DNA of 64,000 nt from Bugula neritina (taxonomy: Eukaryota > Animalia > Bryozoa), in NCBI GenBank assembly GCA_964035545.1, contig OZ037771.1:3297628-3361627 (forward strand). The letters run 5' to 3'. The notes beneath the pieces are model-generated. The model worked only from the letters and a program-made list of their open reading frames with translations, was not told the DNA's origin and did not search any database. Every line of letters starts with the position of its first letter. The stretch's first letter is position 1. Position numbers and translations under genes: made by a program. Positions 51,301-64,000 of the stretch are shown piece after piece.

Positions 51301-54300
51301 TTTAGCTTCTTTCTTATTACGACCTGAATGAAACACAACATACTGTAAAACTTTCTCCATCCTGCTTCATCTGATACAGCTGAGTTACTAATCAGAAGTG
51401 AAATATCTTCACAGGTGAGTGGATACACTTACCAGTGCCGTTAAATGTGATGCCCTGCAGTACAGTTGTAGCTGTACACTGCGGGGCGTGTGGAGGCCCC
51501 GCCAGCTGGAAGTCCCACTGCAGTCCTGGGAACTTCAGGTTAAGTTGACTAACAGGATTCAGACTCGTTGTCTCAGTTTTAACCTGAACAACAATGACAG
51601 TGTCAAGGGAGATAATAACCAATAGCTACAGAGTATGACGGGGGGAGGATAACAACCAATAGTTACGGAGTGTGAAAGGGATAACACAGCTTAACTTCTT
51701 ACTTTATTAACAATTTCCTAATTTTACCCTTAATTTCAGAAAATCTTTGCTGCAACTAACTATTGAAGCAGCGAGTCATGAGCTACTCACAGCTGACTCA
51801 CCTTTTTAATGGCTGGAGCCGCGTCAACACCTGGTGCGTCCGTGCTGTCAACCGGAACGGGACGTTTTAGTACCTTTTTAGGCCCCTCTGGCAGAACAAT
51901 AGTGCCTTTCTCTATTGCTTGCAGAATTTGGTCAGCAACAGCAGCCTTGGCTCCCTTTTTAGTTGAATCTAGATAATAGAGCCAAGAGTTGACAACTTCT
52001 GATCGATATTACTGAAAGAGTATATTCATATACTACTCTTTGCATACAGGTAATGCAGACAAGAGGCACATTGATTGTAAGAAGGAGCAGGCTATGGGGT
52101 TCATATTACTGAGAGAGTATATTCATATACAATGCAGAGAAATCAAGTTATAATAATATTAATACCTTCACATGCAGACAATATATAGAACACAGAGAAA
52201 AGTATTATCAGAAGGAGCAGGCTCTGCTACTTCTTACCAGATGCACGGAACTGCTGATGGTAAAACTCCACAGATGCAGTGTGCAGATGGGCATTTCCTG
52301 CGTTCAGCTTAGCTGACTGAAAGTCCCAGACGAGACTGGCAGCAGACAAACCAGCGGCCACTAGCTTGGAGTTCAGCTGGGAAAGTGGATTCGTCAAAGC
52401 AGACTTTGCTGCCTGGCCCTCCTCCTAGCAAAACAAACATGTAGGTTGGTAGGTAATATAAGATAAAAGGTACACCTCAAAGGGCTTGAAAATTCTGTTT
52501 ATCTCACAAAGAAACATGCCAGTGAGATGTGAATCTACGCAAGTTTGTAACAAGGTCTAACAAAGCACATCTTAAAAGATAATAAAGTCTATAAAAGGGC
52601 TCTAAACAGAAATGCATGATTTACATGTCCTGGACTATTCTAACTAGTTTCATGCAATAATTCAACAGTAAAACACATAACACTGTGTGAAGTGATGAGT
52701 CAACACACAACAACACAGATGAATACTTTTCATAAATACAGGGAAACTTTCAAAGCATCAACATTGACACATAATAATTTTCTTCCAAAATATACGAGGT
52801 AAAACCCCAGGGCATTAGAATGTTGATGCACATAGTAACTGCTCACGGCATCTGACAGTCACTAAGGACCTTAAGATGCCATGTTTAAACCACAGTTGTA
52901 CAAACACACCATTTTCTCTTCAGACGAGGGCACAGGGATCTCTAGAAGACCCACAGTGATGGCATCAATGATCCTCTGAGCCGTGGCAGCCTTGGCAACT
53001 TTTTTTGTGTTTCCTGCAGACAACAACCCAATGTATGTGAGGCCTAACAAAAATATCTTTACAAACAAATCAAATCATACATAAATAATGGAATTGTCTT
53101 CCCTCAACTTCAGCACAAGTTTTACACTTTACTTAGGTAACAAACACTGAAGTGTGAAAACTCCCACAAGTGTGCTTACCGAGTCCGGTGAAAGTGGTGC
53201 CAGCCACAGTGGAAAAGCAGACGAATGGCGTCACTTCACCGTTATATGTAAACTCCAGTTTCTCTGAATATTTCTTGGCCTGGAGAAGCTCGTACAGTTT
53301 GGGTATAACGTTAGACGCTGCCGGGTGCTGTCGGATGAATCATCACAACATCATCATACAATGAATAGTATGCGCACTAAATATAACAATAGTTGAAGTG
53401 ATAAGGTGAAGAAGATATTGCCAGCTTGCATGCTGGTAACAGCAAATGAGTAGTTATCTTCCCTCTACACAATATGCGTTCACGAGGGAAATAACTCCCA
53501 TGCTGACTAAAGTATACGTTTAAAACAGTGGCAAGCTCTAAACATATCCCAATACAAATATGCTTTTGTTTAGCTTGAGTTTTTAACTTTAGATTGAGGC
53601 TTGAGTTTAGAGTGTGACTGCTATATTTAATGGGGGAGAGTTTTTCAACCCATAAATATTTAATAAACTGCATTGTTTTTTAAAGCTCACAAATAAGTTT
53701 TATGGTGAAATTATTAAAATTAGCATATCAAATGGTTGGGGATTTATACATATCATTGTCATTATTTACTGTAAAATTTTATATAAGTATGCCTGCTGTA
53801 ATCGGTCTTAGAGTCATGCTTTAAAATGAAGTCCAGTTGCAAATCATCATAACATTTTAATTATTTTAATTACCATAAACTATAAGCAAACTCTAGAACT
53901 GAAAAAGCTGTAGGACTGTGAGTAAAACAGAGTTGCTAAACTAAACGTCAACTATAAAGTTTCTGAATAACTAGCAAACCTTTAGCCAACTCGTACATCT
54001 AACATATCTCAAATATTTTTTGAAACTTCAAGCTAAAATAAGACTCCCATTCAAATTCCAAGGTTAAAAATCAATTAAATTGCCTACTTTTGATCTCTGA
54101 TTCTATTCTGCAGTTATGGATATAAATAGTGTAATTTGTGTCTAATACTTTAAAAGAGCTAAAATAAAACCAATACCTAGTGCCAATAACGAAGTAAGAT
54201 ATTACAGAAACAAACACTTGGAATATTAGTCTGACAGGGGACATAACTACTAACCTCTTCAGGAACGAAGGCTAGGCTGTCACCGAGATACTGCAGCAAG

Positions 54301-56453
54301 TATTTAGAAGCATCATTATATGCATCATTCTGACTACGACCTGTCAATACATACAAAGCAGAGTATTTAGAATGTTCCAGTAAACTACTATAGTGAGAAA
54401 TTGTCTGCCCACAGCTGGGTCTTAACTTCAAAGATAAACTTCCAACTAAAACTCTAAATTAAAAGAACCATTGTTTTCACTCAACAATAATGCCAGATAG
54501 TAAAATGAAACTACCACATGCCTCCAGTTCCATTGAATTGGTTTAAAAAATAAAGAGAAGATTACTCCGCATACCAGTGCCGAAGAAATCGTGCTTTGCG
54601 TACGAGAATGAGGCTACATATATGCGCTCCTCGCCATCAACAACGCGAATATTTTGCACCAAACCAATTAGATTTTTCTGGTTCAGCATCTGAAGGGGAC
54701 TCAAGGCTGGCAGATTCTATAAAGTGGTAGATAGTTCACTATACAATGCTTATCAAACTATACCAAGTGATGTTGTGAGTGTGACTGCTAGGCAAGGGTT
54801 CAAATATGAGCACAACACTTATCAAATACAAGCATCTTTATATTTGCTGGGAGAAAATAACTACCAATATAAGCAGTAAATACTTGCAACAAAGTCACTA
54901 TCTCAAAACTACAATATATCTTCACTAACATGACAATATAGCTACAATTTTAGTAACAAACACTATTTTACAATAAGAAAAATCTTTGAAACATTTTTAG
55001 CAACAAAGTAAAAGCTAAGCATGCTAACTCATCAGTAATACTGTTTTCAGTTTGATTGTCATGACCACTAATATGTGAAAGTAAACATCTTAGACTGAGA
55101 TCTTACTGGTACCTTCAGTTGGGACTTTTGGCCAACTCCACCACGTGCACCCCATCCACGGCCTCGACCACTGACCATACGGGATGTTATTTGAGCGTTG
55201 GCCATCTGAAACACCTGGGCCTGTGGAAGTAGTGGGCCGGACCCATGTCCTGCTGAAGTTTACATGATAACAGTGCATGGTATCTAGCTCAATGACTTAG
55301 TAAGTGTTCACATTGAAGATAAGTCAGCAATCTCACGGGCTCTTCATTTTATAAATGAAAAACATGCTACAGAGTCTAGTGTCTAGATAGTATGAGCATG
55401 ATGATGAGTGATAATATACAGGATGCAGCATAAATGTTCTGTTTTCTTTACAAAAAAAACTATCAATAGCTAAAACATTACAGAAAAAATTTTCAATTGT
55501 AAAACCTCCATCTTGATTTTTACAAGAAATTAATTAAAGTAATACACTGAAATTGAGACCTTCAGTCAGTGTTTACAGCCCATACCTGAGGTATACACAT
55601 CATGGTTGAAGTCCTGGTGACTTTGAGATGTGAAGTTAGGCTTGAAGTCCTGCTGCGATGAAGGAGGTGTGAAGTACGGGGCCCTAGACTGTGAATCTGA
55701 TTGGCTGAACATCGAAGGTGACGGCTCAGCGTGCAACGATCCACCCTATCCGTGTACAGAAAGAATATGGAAATTAGGGCAAGTTGAGATCAAAAATAGC
55801 AAAAAATATAGACTAAACACTTAGTAGCATGTGAACTAAACACTTAGTAGCATGTGAACTGAACATTTGGTGGCGGGTAAACTGAGTGTCCCTAAAAACA
55901 GATATAATAAAGACGAGTAGCCTCACCTTGTGCCAGCCAGACCTCTGCTGCCACCCAATTCTTGCATCTGGTTTGGTGGACTGGTTGGGAGAAGAGTAGA
56001 AAGGAGTAGATGGTGTTTGGGGAGCAGGTTGAGTCCAGTTCTGTGTGCCTGGTGAATACATGATACAATACATGTCTTGATTGTATCATTAGTTCACACA
56101 CAGTAACAAGTTGTACAAAAATTATTTCGAAATATTGATAACATTTTATAAAATCATTTCACCAGATCAAGCTATCTACGGCCCGGTTTAATGGTGGCAC
56201 TACAAGTCTTGCTATAGATAAACTACTAGTTTATGGAAAACTATAGCAAAATATTTTATTTATAATTAGAATTTTAGAAGCCATTTCGAGGCTTCATGAA
56301 TTATATTGATTCTACAGAGTTTAGAAAGAGACTGAACACAGGTCTATGAGTACCTGGGTTGACTGGGTTAGCCTGTGCTGGAGAAGACATCCAATTGGTT
56401 GACTGATGGGACATTCCATTATCGTAGGGGTTGTAATACTGATTGTTTGCCAT
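39364..56453 (-). CDS. ADAR: Double-stranded RNA adenosine deaminase, ADAR2-like catalytic domain with ~9 dsRBM-like modules
   Basis: Deaminase motifs KVLAG, GTKCISGE, NDMHAEILVRR, FHLYISSPPCGDSR, RGQLRVK, MSCCDKVARWAVLGFQGSLL and GKWVRKPVEQDMF; repeated NP..L...F.G.G..KK.AK modules upstream; start MANNQYYNPY at 56453. Confidence 0.93.
39380..39512. repeat. Coding 21-bp repeat encoding (AAAPVTP)n in the ADAR C-terminal tail
   Basis: Tandem gctgccgccggtgttactggt units. Confidence 0.85.
42910..43184. repeat. Intronic 17-bp minisatellite, ~16 copies
   Basis: Unit aatttatttgaattact and variants. Confidence 0.9.
46097..46290 (-). mobile_element. tRNA-derived SINE, reverse orientation, in an ADAR intron
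   Basis: ctgatggaaaggggttttt and caggagcaattataactgaatgctcttcctaacatcaccaat are reverse complements of segments in 50257-50348. Confidence 0.8.
47393..47571. repeat. Intronic 28-bp minisatellite, ~6 copies
   Basis: Unit ccaatctatctactgatcacactccctg. Confidence 0.9.
48600..48695. repeat. 18-bp tandem repeat (~5 copies) derived from a splice-donor junction
   Basis: Units resembling acaggaaatgaactactc; the minus strand reads CCT|GTGAGT at the first and third copies. Confidence 0.75.
50179..50385 (+). mobile_element. tRNA-derived SINE, best-preserved copy
   Basis: Pol III A-box-like tagtctagggg and B-box ggttcaagtcc, followed by a body shared with two other copies. Confidence 0.8.
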
Positions 56454-58261
56454 GCTGAGCTGGCCTTAATACTAAAACTATCATTTCAGGTAATTGTTAG
56501 AAAAATACATCACTGTGAACTTTAAATCTTTTAAAAAATGATTAAAACTACAAACAAAATAAAAACCAAAGGTATTTGGTTAAATAAATGTCTTTTTTTC
56601 CCCAGTACTAACATAAAAGGTAGTGATTCCAATCACACTTTCAAATTAAGTAAACAATAAGTAAATAACCATACTCCATAGACCATAGCTATAAGTATTA
56701 CTATTAGTAATATTATTATTATAGTTACTAATACTGAGTATTTGTAACCGCAATCATAACTAGTAATATTAGTATGAGTACCTTTAAGTTTAAGTTAAGC
56801 CTTGAGGCCTACAAAGACTAAAACTGAAAGTATTACTATTAGTAATACTAATACTAAATAAGTAAAATCATATTAAATACTATAAGTAAAATACTAATAC
56901 TAATTTATTTATTTGCTAAATAGCAAACAATTAATCCAAGTTTATTTACATATACATATATTTCAATAATATTCAAATAAATTGCACATAAAATATATAT
57001 TGTACCAAAATAAATAAATAGCGTCTAACAGTATGAGTAACTGGGAAGCGTCTAAGAATAAGTGGGAAGCGTCCAAGTGGGAAATTTAGCCTAGCATCTA
57101 TGATTCTATCTGGGAAGTGTCTATGTGAGATGACACCACTGATTGTCATTGCCATTGTGATTGAAGCATTAAAATTGTGATCTTCATATAATAGTAATAC
57201 TAATAGTACTTAGTAGTAATACTCACTGATAGTGATAGTAATACTAAGTCTAATAGTAATACTAATAGTAATACTATTACTATTAGTATTTGTCATTAAG
57301 ACAAAGTGAGAGTGAGAGTCAAAGTGAGTAACAGTCTTAGTCATAATCTTCATTAGGTCTAAGTTTCTAAGAGCTTTAGTTTGGAATAGTAAACTTGACA
57401 CTAAAAGTAAAACTATGAGTATGAGTAAAGCTGGATTTATACTTACAATTAACTTATACTTAATCTTAGTTATAGTATTAGTTAAACTTAATGTTATACT
57501 TATACTGCTTATGATTATGAAAATTTACATAGCGGTTGTTATTGCGAGTAGTCGTAAACTTTACAAATAATTAACCATTATTCACATGGCCGTCAGTGGC
57601 AGTGGTACAGCGTTCAATGCTGATGACAATAAATATTAAAATGTTTAATTAAAAAATTAAAATTATTATTTGCTTGGACTAGCACAAATTTTACAAATGG
57701 AACTTTTGTAATCGCTGTTCGCCCTGAAGAGGAAAGACAACTTCACAAAGATGTATGCAATTATTGTTCAAGATTAAAATACTTAGTCTTCATGCACTTT
57801 AATACTTGTCTATTTTAATTATAAATCTGTCTATATAAACATAGCACTAACCAATATTTAAACTCTGTTCAATACGCAAAAATATTTTGCACGATATAAA
57901 CATTTGTAATTTATTGCCTTAGCAAGAGCAGTACAGCACCAACTGTACATTTGCATAAATTATTTGAAATTGATGATATTAAATCTCTATTATAAACAAT
58001 CAATATTATTTCAATCTCTTTATGGTGGCTTTATTGCCTGTTGAAGTTACACCACTTTTATTAGGAAGTTAAATGCTACAATTATTCCATCAAAACTAAA
58101 CTGTCCTGATACTCAGATAAATAATTCCTATTTATAGAATATTATGTTTAGCTTTATTAGTCTTTATTTCATATCAAGTATAGATTTTAGAGTCAAGTCA
58201 TGACTTGTACACATTTTCATTTTTATATTTCAAATACTGTTGCATATTTTACATGCATATT

Positions 58262-59762
58262 TTATTTTCCAAATACTAGTCCTGAAATGCCAAATGATGT
58301 TACATCCCTTTCACAAATGTAGTTAACCAGCACTTGACACCGGCCATCCCCCCATTGCAAGTTTGGTGAGATTCCCTTGTAGAAGAGTGAAAGGCAGTTT
58401 TGGCCATTGTAAAGGTTGTCTGGTTGGCCTCGGGTCCAATCAGTGCTTATTATTGGAGTTTCACTGGTTCTGGTTTCCCACATCCAGCGTCCCATGGAGT
58501 TCTTAAAGCCACCTATCCAAAATCCATCAGCTGCAAAAATTTTAGTCATAGTTACTATGTATGTTGTATTAGACTAGATAAAAGTCACCTTAGAGGTTAG
58601 AATTACATATATAAGATGGCTTAATAATAAATAATCCGAATTATAAAAAAATTTACCAACAATCACTAATTAGTACACCAACACATCATGCATATAAATT
58701 TATAAAAATCACAAAAAGCTCATTAGTAAAACATATGACCAATTAAACATGGTGTTCAACATTCTATAGCCACATGCATGTAATCTCTTGGTTAAGCTCA
58801 TCAGCTAATTTAAAACTTTGAAATCATTGACTGCTTCTTTGGAAGACATTTTATAGTTATTTTGTTATCAACCATAAGAATTGCTCTGTGTAATAATTAG
58901 CACCTGAAAGGAATGTATTGGTAGGTAGCACAAAAATACCTGTTTACTTACATACCTAAATGTGTTTCTATCAAATTTTTTTTATATAGACATCTACAGA
59001 TTAAAATATTTTTTATTCTATCTTGTTACTTTTTGCTTTGTAAATCACATTGTAACATTCTGCACATGTATTGCGTTGCATATCAAGATTAAATAAATAC
59101 TGCATCTACTATTTTGTTTCTTATAATATAATGTTAACAATACTCAATATAAACTCACTTAATCCATGGCTCAATCTGTAGCCTTTCATCCATGCTATTT
59201 CATCACGAGACTCTAGTACAGCGAGTACACCACCCAACTTTAGGCATGCTTTCTGGGCATTGTGCCAAGAAACTCGGCTTGAGGTCACAAACAAATAGCA
59301 TGAGCCAGACAAGCCTTTCACCCACCCATTACCACACGTACTCTCCGTAGAGGCTGTAAAAACATGTCTTGATACAGGAAAATAATACAAATGGTTTCAG
59401 AAACACGGGCAGAGATTGTTATGTATTGATTTGATGCAATGTGTAGAGGATCACTAGAAATTAGGCAACACTATTTAAAAAAGTACACTGACAATGACAG
59501 ATTTTAGTTGTTTGCCATTCAAACCAAAATAAATTAGATATATTGAAATGTAAATATAATATACATGACAGATGATACATTCTAAAGATTGAGGCTGTTT
59601 AAAGAATGTTGCAAATGGTGCATATTTTTACAATGTTTTAATACCAACTTCCATTAATAATACATATAATACACCAACATGATAAAAACAGTTCAGTTTA
59701 TGCTTACCGAGTAGAAAGAAGTAAGAGAGTAATATCAGCACACTCTTTGCTAACTGAACCAT
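58262..59762 (-). CDS. Secreted single-domain C-type lectin (perlucin-like), QPD type
   Basis: Signal-peptide exon MVQLAKSVLILLSYFFLL; CGNGW..SCY..SWHNAQKAC; FWIGG..W..GQPDN..QNCL..WGDGRC..YICE. Confidence 0.92.
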
Positions 59763-60480
59763 CTTGTAGCTTGCTGTCAGAGTAAGTCACATGCAACACA
59801 GCACAATAAGCCAGCTGTTAACTCCTTACCTTTACACCATCTGTATGTTCACATCAACATTAGTATTGTCAGTTAAAATTTTATTATGACAAGCATCAAC
59901 TGTTGAAAAAAGAAACACATATTATGTAAAAAGTTGTACTTATTGATGAAATTGTTGTATTGGTATAATTGTAATACAATATCAATAATCAGATTATTAG
60001 ATAAGATGTTGTATAAAAAAGAACAAGGGCTTTAGATTAGCATTTCAAAGTAGCCTTATTTCTTGCAAACATTTGACATCTAATTGCTGTAGTTATCCTT
60101 GTAAAAACTTATGGCTGAAATTAACTTGCAATGTTTAAAGATTATATAAAAGGTGTTTCTATAATTGAATTATTTATTTATAACACATTATTATCAGAGT
60201 TTCATATAAGCCAATATAACCTTCCCATTAACTGCTGAAATGCAAATTTTCCCATATTTTATAAACTCATAACTTTAGAGTTTGATTTATTTTAGCTTCA
60301 GATACTTTTGAGCAGAAACTAAAAGCTAGACTTTGATGGCAGCTAAAACCGCTGGTTTTCATTTATATCTTTCAGGTTTTATAAAATTAGCTCTAAAATC
60401 TGGAAGAACATGGATACTATCCCAGGTGCCTTGGTTATATTATTATAGTATGATATTGTGGTGTTCCCGAGTCTCTAACT

Positions 60481-62584
60481 TCACTCTTTTTCAACATACA
60501 GCTTGGTTATTAGGTAAAGAAGCTTTCTTTGTAGGTTAGCGAGATGCGGGATGAATCCTACGAACCCTATCAATTCCTTTTCACTCACACCAGTCCGATA
60601 GGCAAACAAGTTTTCTTTGGTATTATGAGTGTCGGTAAAATCGAAATCTAATTCACTTTTAACAGAAGCTTCTCTAGCTAAAGAATCAATCTGAGTTTTA
60701 ATGTTTGGGTCTCGCAGTCGAGTTATGGTAAAGCAGTAGGCGTTCACTGGAGCGAGTACTGAAGTGTCACACTCGCTTCTTAGCTCTTGCAGTCTGTCCC
60801 AGAATTCTCTGTACTTTTCTAAGTGTTCCAATCCATTGCAGGGCAGATATAGCTTGTTTGCTCTACATTGTATCAAGTAAGCATGAAACATAATTTTAGT
60901 TATATACCTGAGATAATTATAGGAAATAAGACTGTAATACAAGTTAGTATGAAATTTGTTGTTGGTAAATTTCCTTGACATAGTTCACTAAATATCAGAT
61001 TGAAAGACTAATTTTATAACTACTTAAGTTTCTCCGTAATTTGTTTTGAAACGATTAAGATGTGACTAACCTAGTAAATGGCAGTATAACAGAAAATGTA
61101 AATATAATATAATAATACCATATGTAACATATAATATTAATAATATAGAGCATGTAATATATTTATTACAGCTTATATCATATAACATATAACTGTATAG
61201 CTTTATAAATTATTAATTAAAAGTTAAGTTAATAGTTTATTGCTACTGTTTTGCTACTAAATAGAAGTATTATAAATTAATTACATTAAAGAGAAAATAA
61301 CAAAGATTTGTTGCTTTTAGATGAGCAAAATATATAACTGATTGGAATTGCATGCTTGGAGTACAAATTGTCTCTTGTATGACATGCAGATATATTACTT
61401 TGACTAAATGAAGCAGCGGTTGCATAAGTATTACTATAATCACTCCAAACTTATCTTGCCAACATTAACAGTTTGACATTACATAACCCAAATTAAATAT
61501 CAACTAATCAGACCTCACCTACAGCACCTGACTAAGCAAGTCGTCTTATCAAACCTACTTGAATTGCGCTCTGTAAGAAATAGCAGCATATCAAAGACTT
61601 TGAACTTATTGTATAAAATTTCCTACCTTTGAATTTACTTACATCTGATTTGTAATTGAACTTATTGTATGATATCTAACCTTTAAACTTACTGCATAAT
61701 ATCTGACCTTTGAACCTGATGTATAATTTATGTTTTACTTACAAGAAACCTACTAGGTTATATATTATCTAGCTTCTATCTCTATTGACTCACTTCTTGA
61801 AGATATATGTCATTTCCATTAGTTTATTGAAGTTGTCTATACACTGTATTTTCTGAGGACACATTGACCTGTCCAGCATCTGAACCGTGTGTAGTGCTTT
61901 TAGGAAAGAGCTTGACCTGTTACCCCACCACTCCTGTTCAATAATGGTAGTTATTTATACATCTAATTGGTAGCTGACAGCCGCTCAACTGAGCCACCGT
62001 TTTAATATCACTGCCTCAACAATAATTCTCATTACATGAACAATACATATGAAAAATACAATTTATGGTGAAAAGAAATTTAATAGATTTCATTGAAAAA
62101 CAGTGCCTACAATATAAACTTTAATGCTTCTACCTGCAGCCTACTCATATTTTTTGAGATTTAATGCAATCAAGTTCAAACCCAAGTTTATGCACGAAGC
62201 TCAATTGCAGAAATTAAAATCAACTAAAAGCTTTAATATTTAATATTTTCCCAACTACATGAATATATTGTTGAAAATTGTTTTTTGGAAACAAAAAGCA
62301 GCTATTTGTAGCATCAATTCCAATGTTTCACTTTTAAATTATGTGCAAGGCATGCAATAAATTGTCAACCAGCATGTGAAAGATTTTAATCTTTCTTAAT
62401 CATAAAAGTTATGCTATAGCTTTATACTTGCCATATATTCTAGTTTCAGTGCATTGACTTTTCTCATATGGAGTACTGCATCCCGTTTAAGTCTGTCCAG
62501 TTCAGAGGCTTTCTCGTCAAACGCCGTGATGGTCATCTGAGACATTGACCGAGGCGTTGAGCACGTTGAGTACAGGAAGGACAT
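60481..62584 (-). CDS. Uncharacterised ~230-aa protein, about 3 coding exons
   Basis: Candidate exons 62584-~62432, ~61933-61793 and 60862-60481. The last junction (AA|A) is frame-consistent; the first donor is uncertain and may be GC. No family recognised. Confidence 0.5.
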
Positions 62585-63553
62585 CTTTATTTAGCCCTTG
62601 ACCTTCAAAACCTGCAGTTTCAGTGAAACTACTTTTACATAAATACATTATAACCCAATAATGCTTCGTAAAAGGTTTAAGAACTGAAATTATTAAATAT
62701 AGATTATAGTGTTTAAATGGTATAGCAAAAATGTTTGCTATTATAATTTTGTTATATGTAACCAATAAAAAATTTAATTACTTGATATTCAGCATAATTT
62801 ACTTTACTTCTCACCTTTCTTTATTAGTTGTGGTCTCAATATATAATAGTGAATTGTTGTTATTCAGTACATAGTAACTAAGTATCAAATAGGGAATCTA
62901 GGCAACTTAAACTAATAGCTAGCACTGGTCTTTACCTGGAGCACACTATGAATAAGTGTTTAGACAGCACAAGAAGAAAATGTCGTCAACTATCAATCAA
63001 TCATGATTATAAGATTTACAAAGGTGAATTGTTGAATTCGAGTACACAAGCTATCACTCAAAATAAACACTCTTTACAGTATATTAAGCATTAGAAATAT
63101 GAAGTTGAAATTAATCGATAGTTTAGGTCCCTAACCGTAACAGATTGCTATTGGGACTTCGCATGTAGGTGCCTTACTTTTACAGTAATTAGCGTAAAGC
63201 TGTAACTTGTTCATCTGTAGTGTAAATATTGAATTGGTTGTGATCAATAATTTACATAATAGATATGCTATTGATAACTACCTGTATGTTGAACTTTTGA
63301 TTTCAAGTGTGTATATAGTAGAAGAGAATACATTTTATACAATAAACTTTGCTAAGCTTTAGCGTACACATGAAATACTAGGTAGGCACATGATTATTTT
63401 AGTAATTTTATATGAACCCACCACATAACAAAAATATATTAATATATTATATAATTGTTATTAGAATGTAATGATTATATACTGCTGTGATATCCAGAAA
63501 TATTATAGCAATAACTATGTATTATTTCTATGATGCATTGTGAATTTATATAT

Positions 63554-63715
<162 letters not shown>

Positions 63716-64000
63716 ACTAAAGTATTCTCTGTAAATAATGAAACTTATGGTTTGTAAAGAGAAAGCTCCAATACATCAAACTGCACAATAAAATGACAAA
63801 ATAAATATTTATTACAGGCTACATTTGAGAAGATTTTAAAAAATACCAAGGTGCTGAAAATAACAAAAATAATTTATTTGTAAATTAGACAAAAATAAAT
63901 CCAGATTTAATTTTATAGAATCACAAGAACTAAGTATTTAAAATCATTTAAAAAAAATCACAAAGATGACAAAAACGTACCATTTCAATAGTCTCACCAA

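Noticed and set aside
61518-61570. Extra exon in the 60481-62584 gene
   Set aside because: Splice-like ends, but stop-containing in the phase required by the flanking exons

Overview
AT-rich, intron-containing eukaryotic DNA from an invertebrate animal (a lophotrochozoan is plausible but inferred). Left to right: a DUF229-family gene (minus, runs off the left edge); FGGY sugar kinase (plus); a small tail-anchored protein (minus); two convergent Rv2258c-like SAM methyltransferase paralogues; a ~15.5 kb minus-strand transcription-factor-like locus (37725-22200); an ADAR2-like deaminase with about nine dsRBM-like modules (56453-39364); a secreted C-type lectin; and an unknown gene. Also present are a MITE family, a tRNA-derived SINE family and intronic minisatellites. 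The main finding is the 37725-22200 locus. A 361-aa common region ends in one phase-0 donor, followed by 13 cassettes, each with a phase-0 acceptor, its own stop codon and one predicted DNA-binding domain (BED finger, MADF/Myb-like, CENP-B/psq HTH, nine winged-helix-like copies, one other). The introns carry three perfect 15-17 nt long-range inverted pairs in series, then a 33-nt docking site complementary to overlapping selector sequences ahead of seven downstream cassettes. This looks like a mod(mdg4)/lola-type alternative-last-exon array controlled by Dscam-like competing RNA pairing. The ADAR has a natural Gln at the position matching human ADAR2 E488 and structured RNA in its own introns. 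All gene models were assembled by eye from GT/AG and reading-frame logic, with no transcript evidence.
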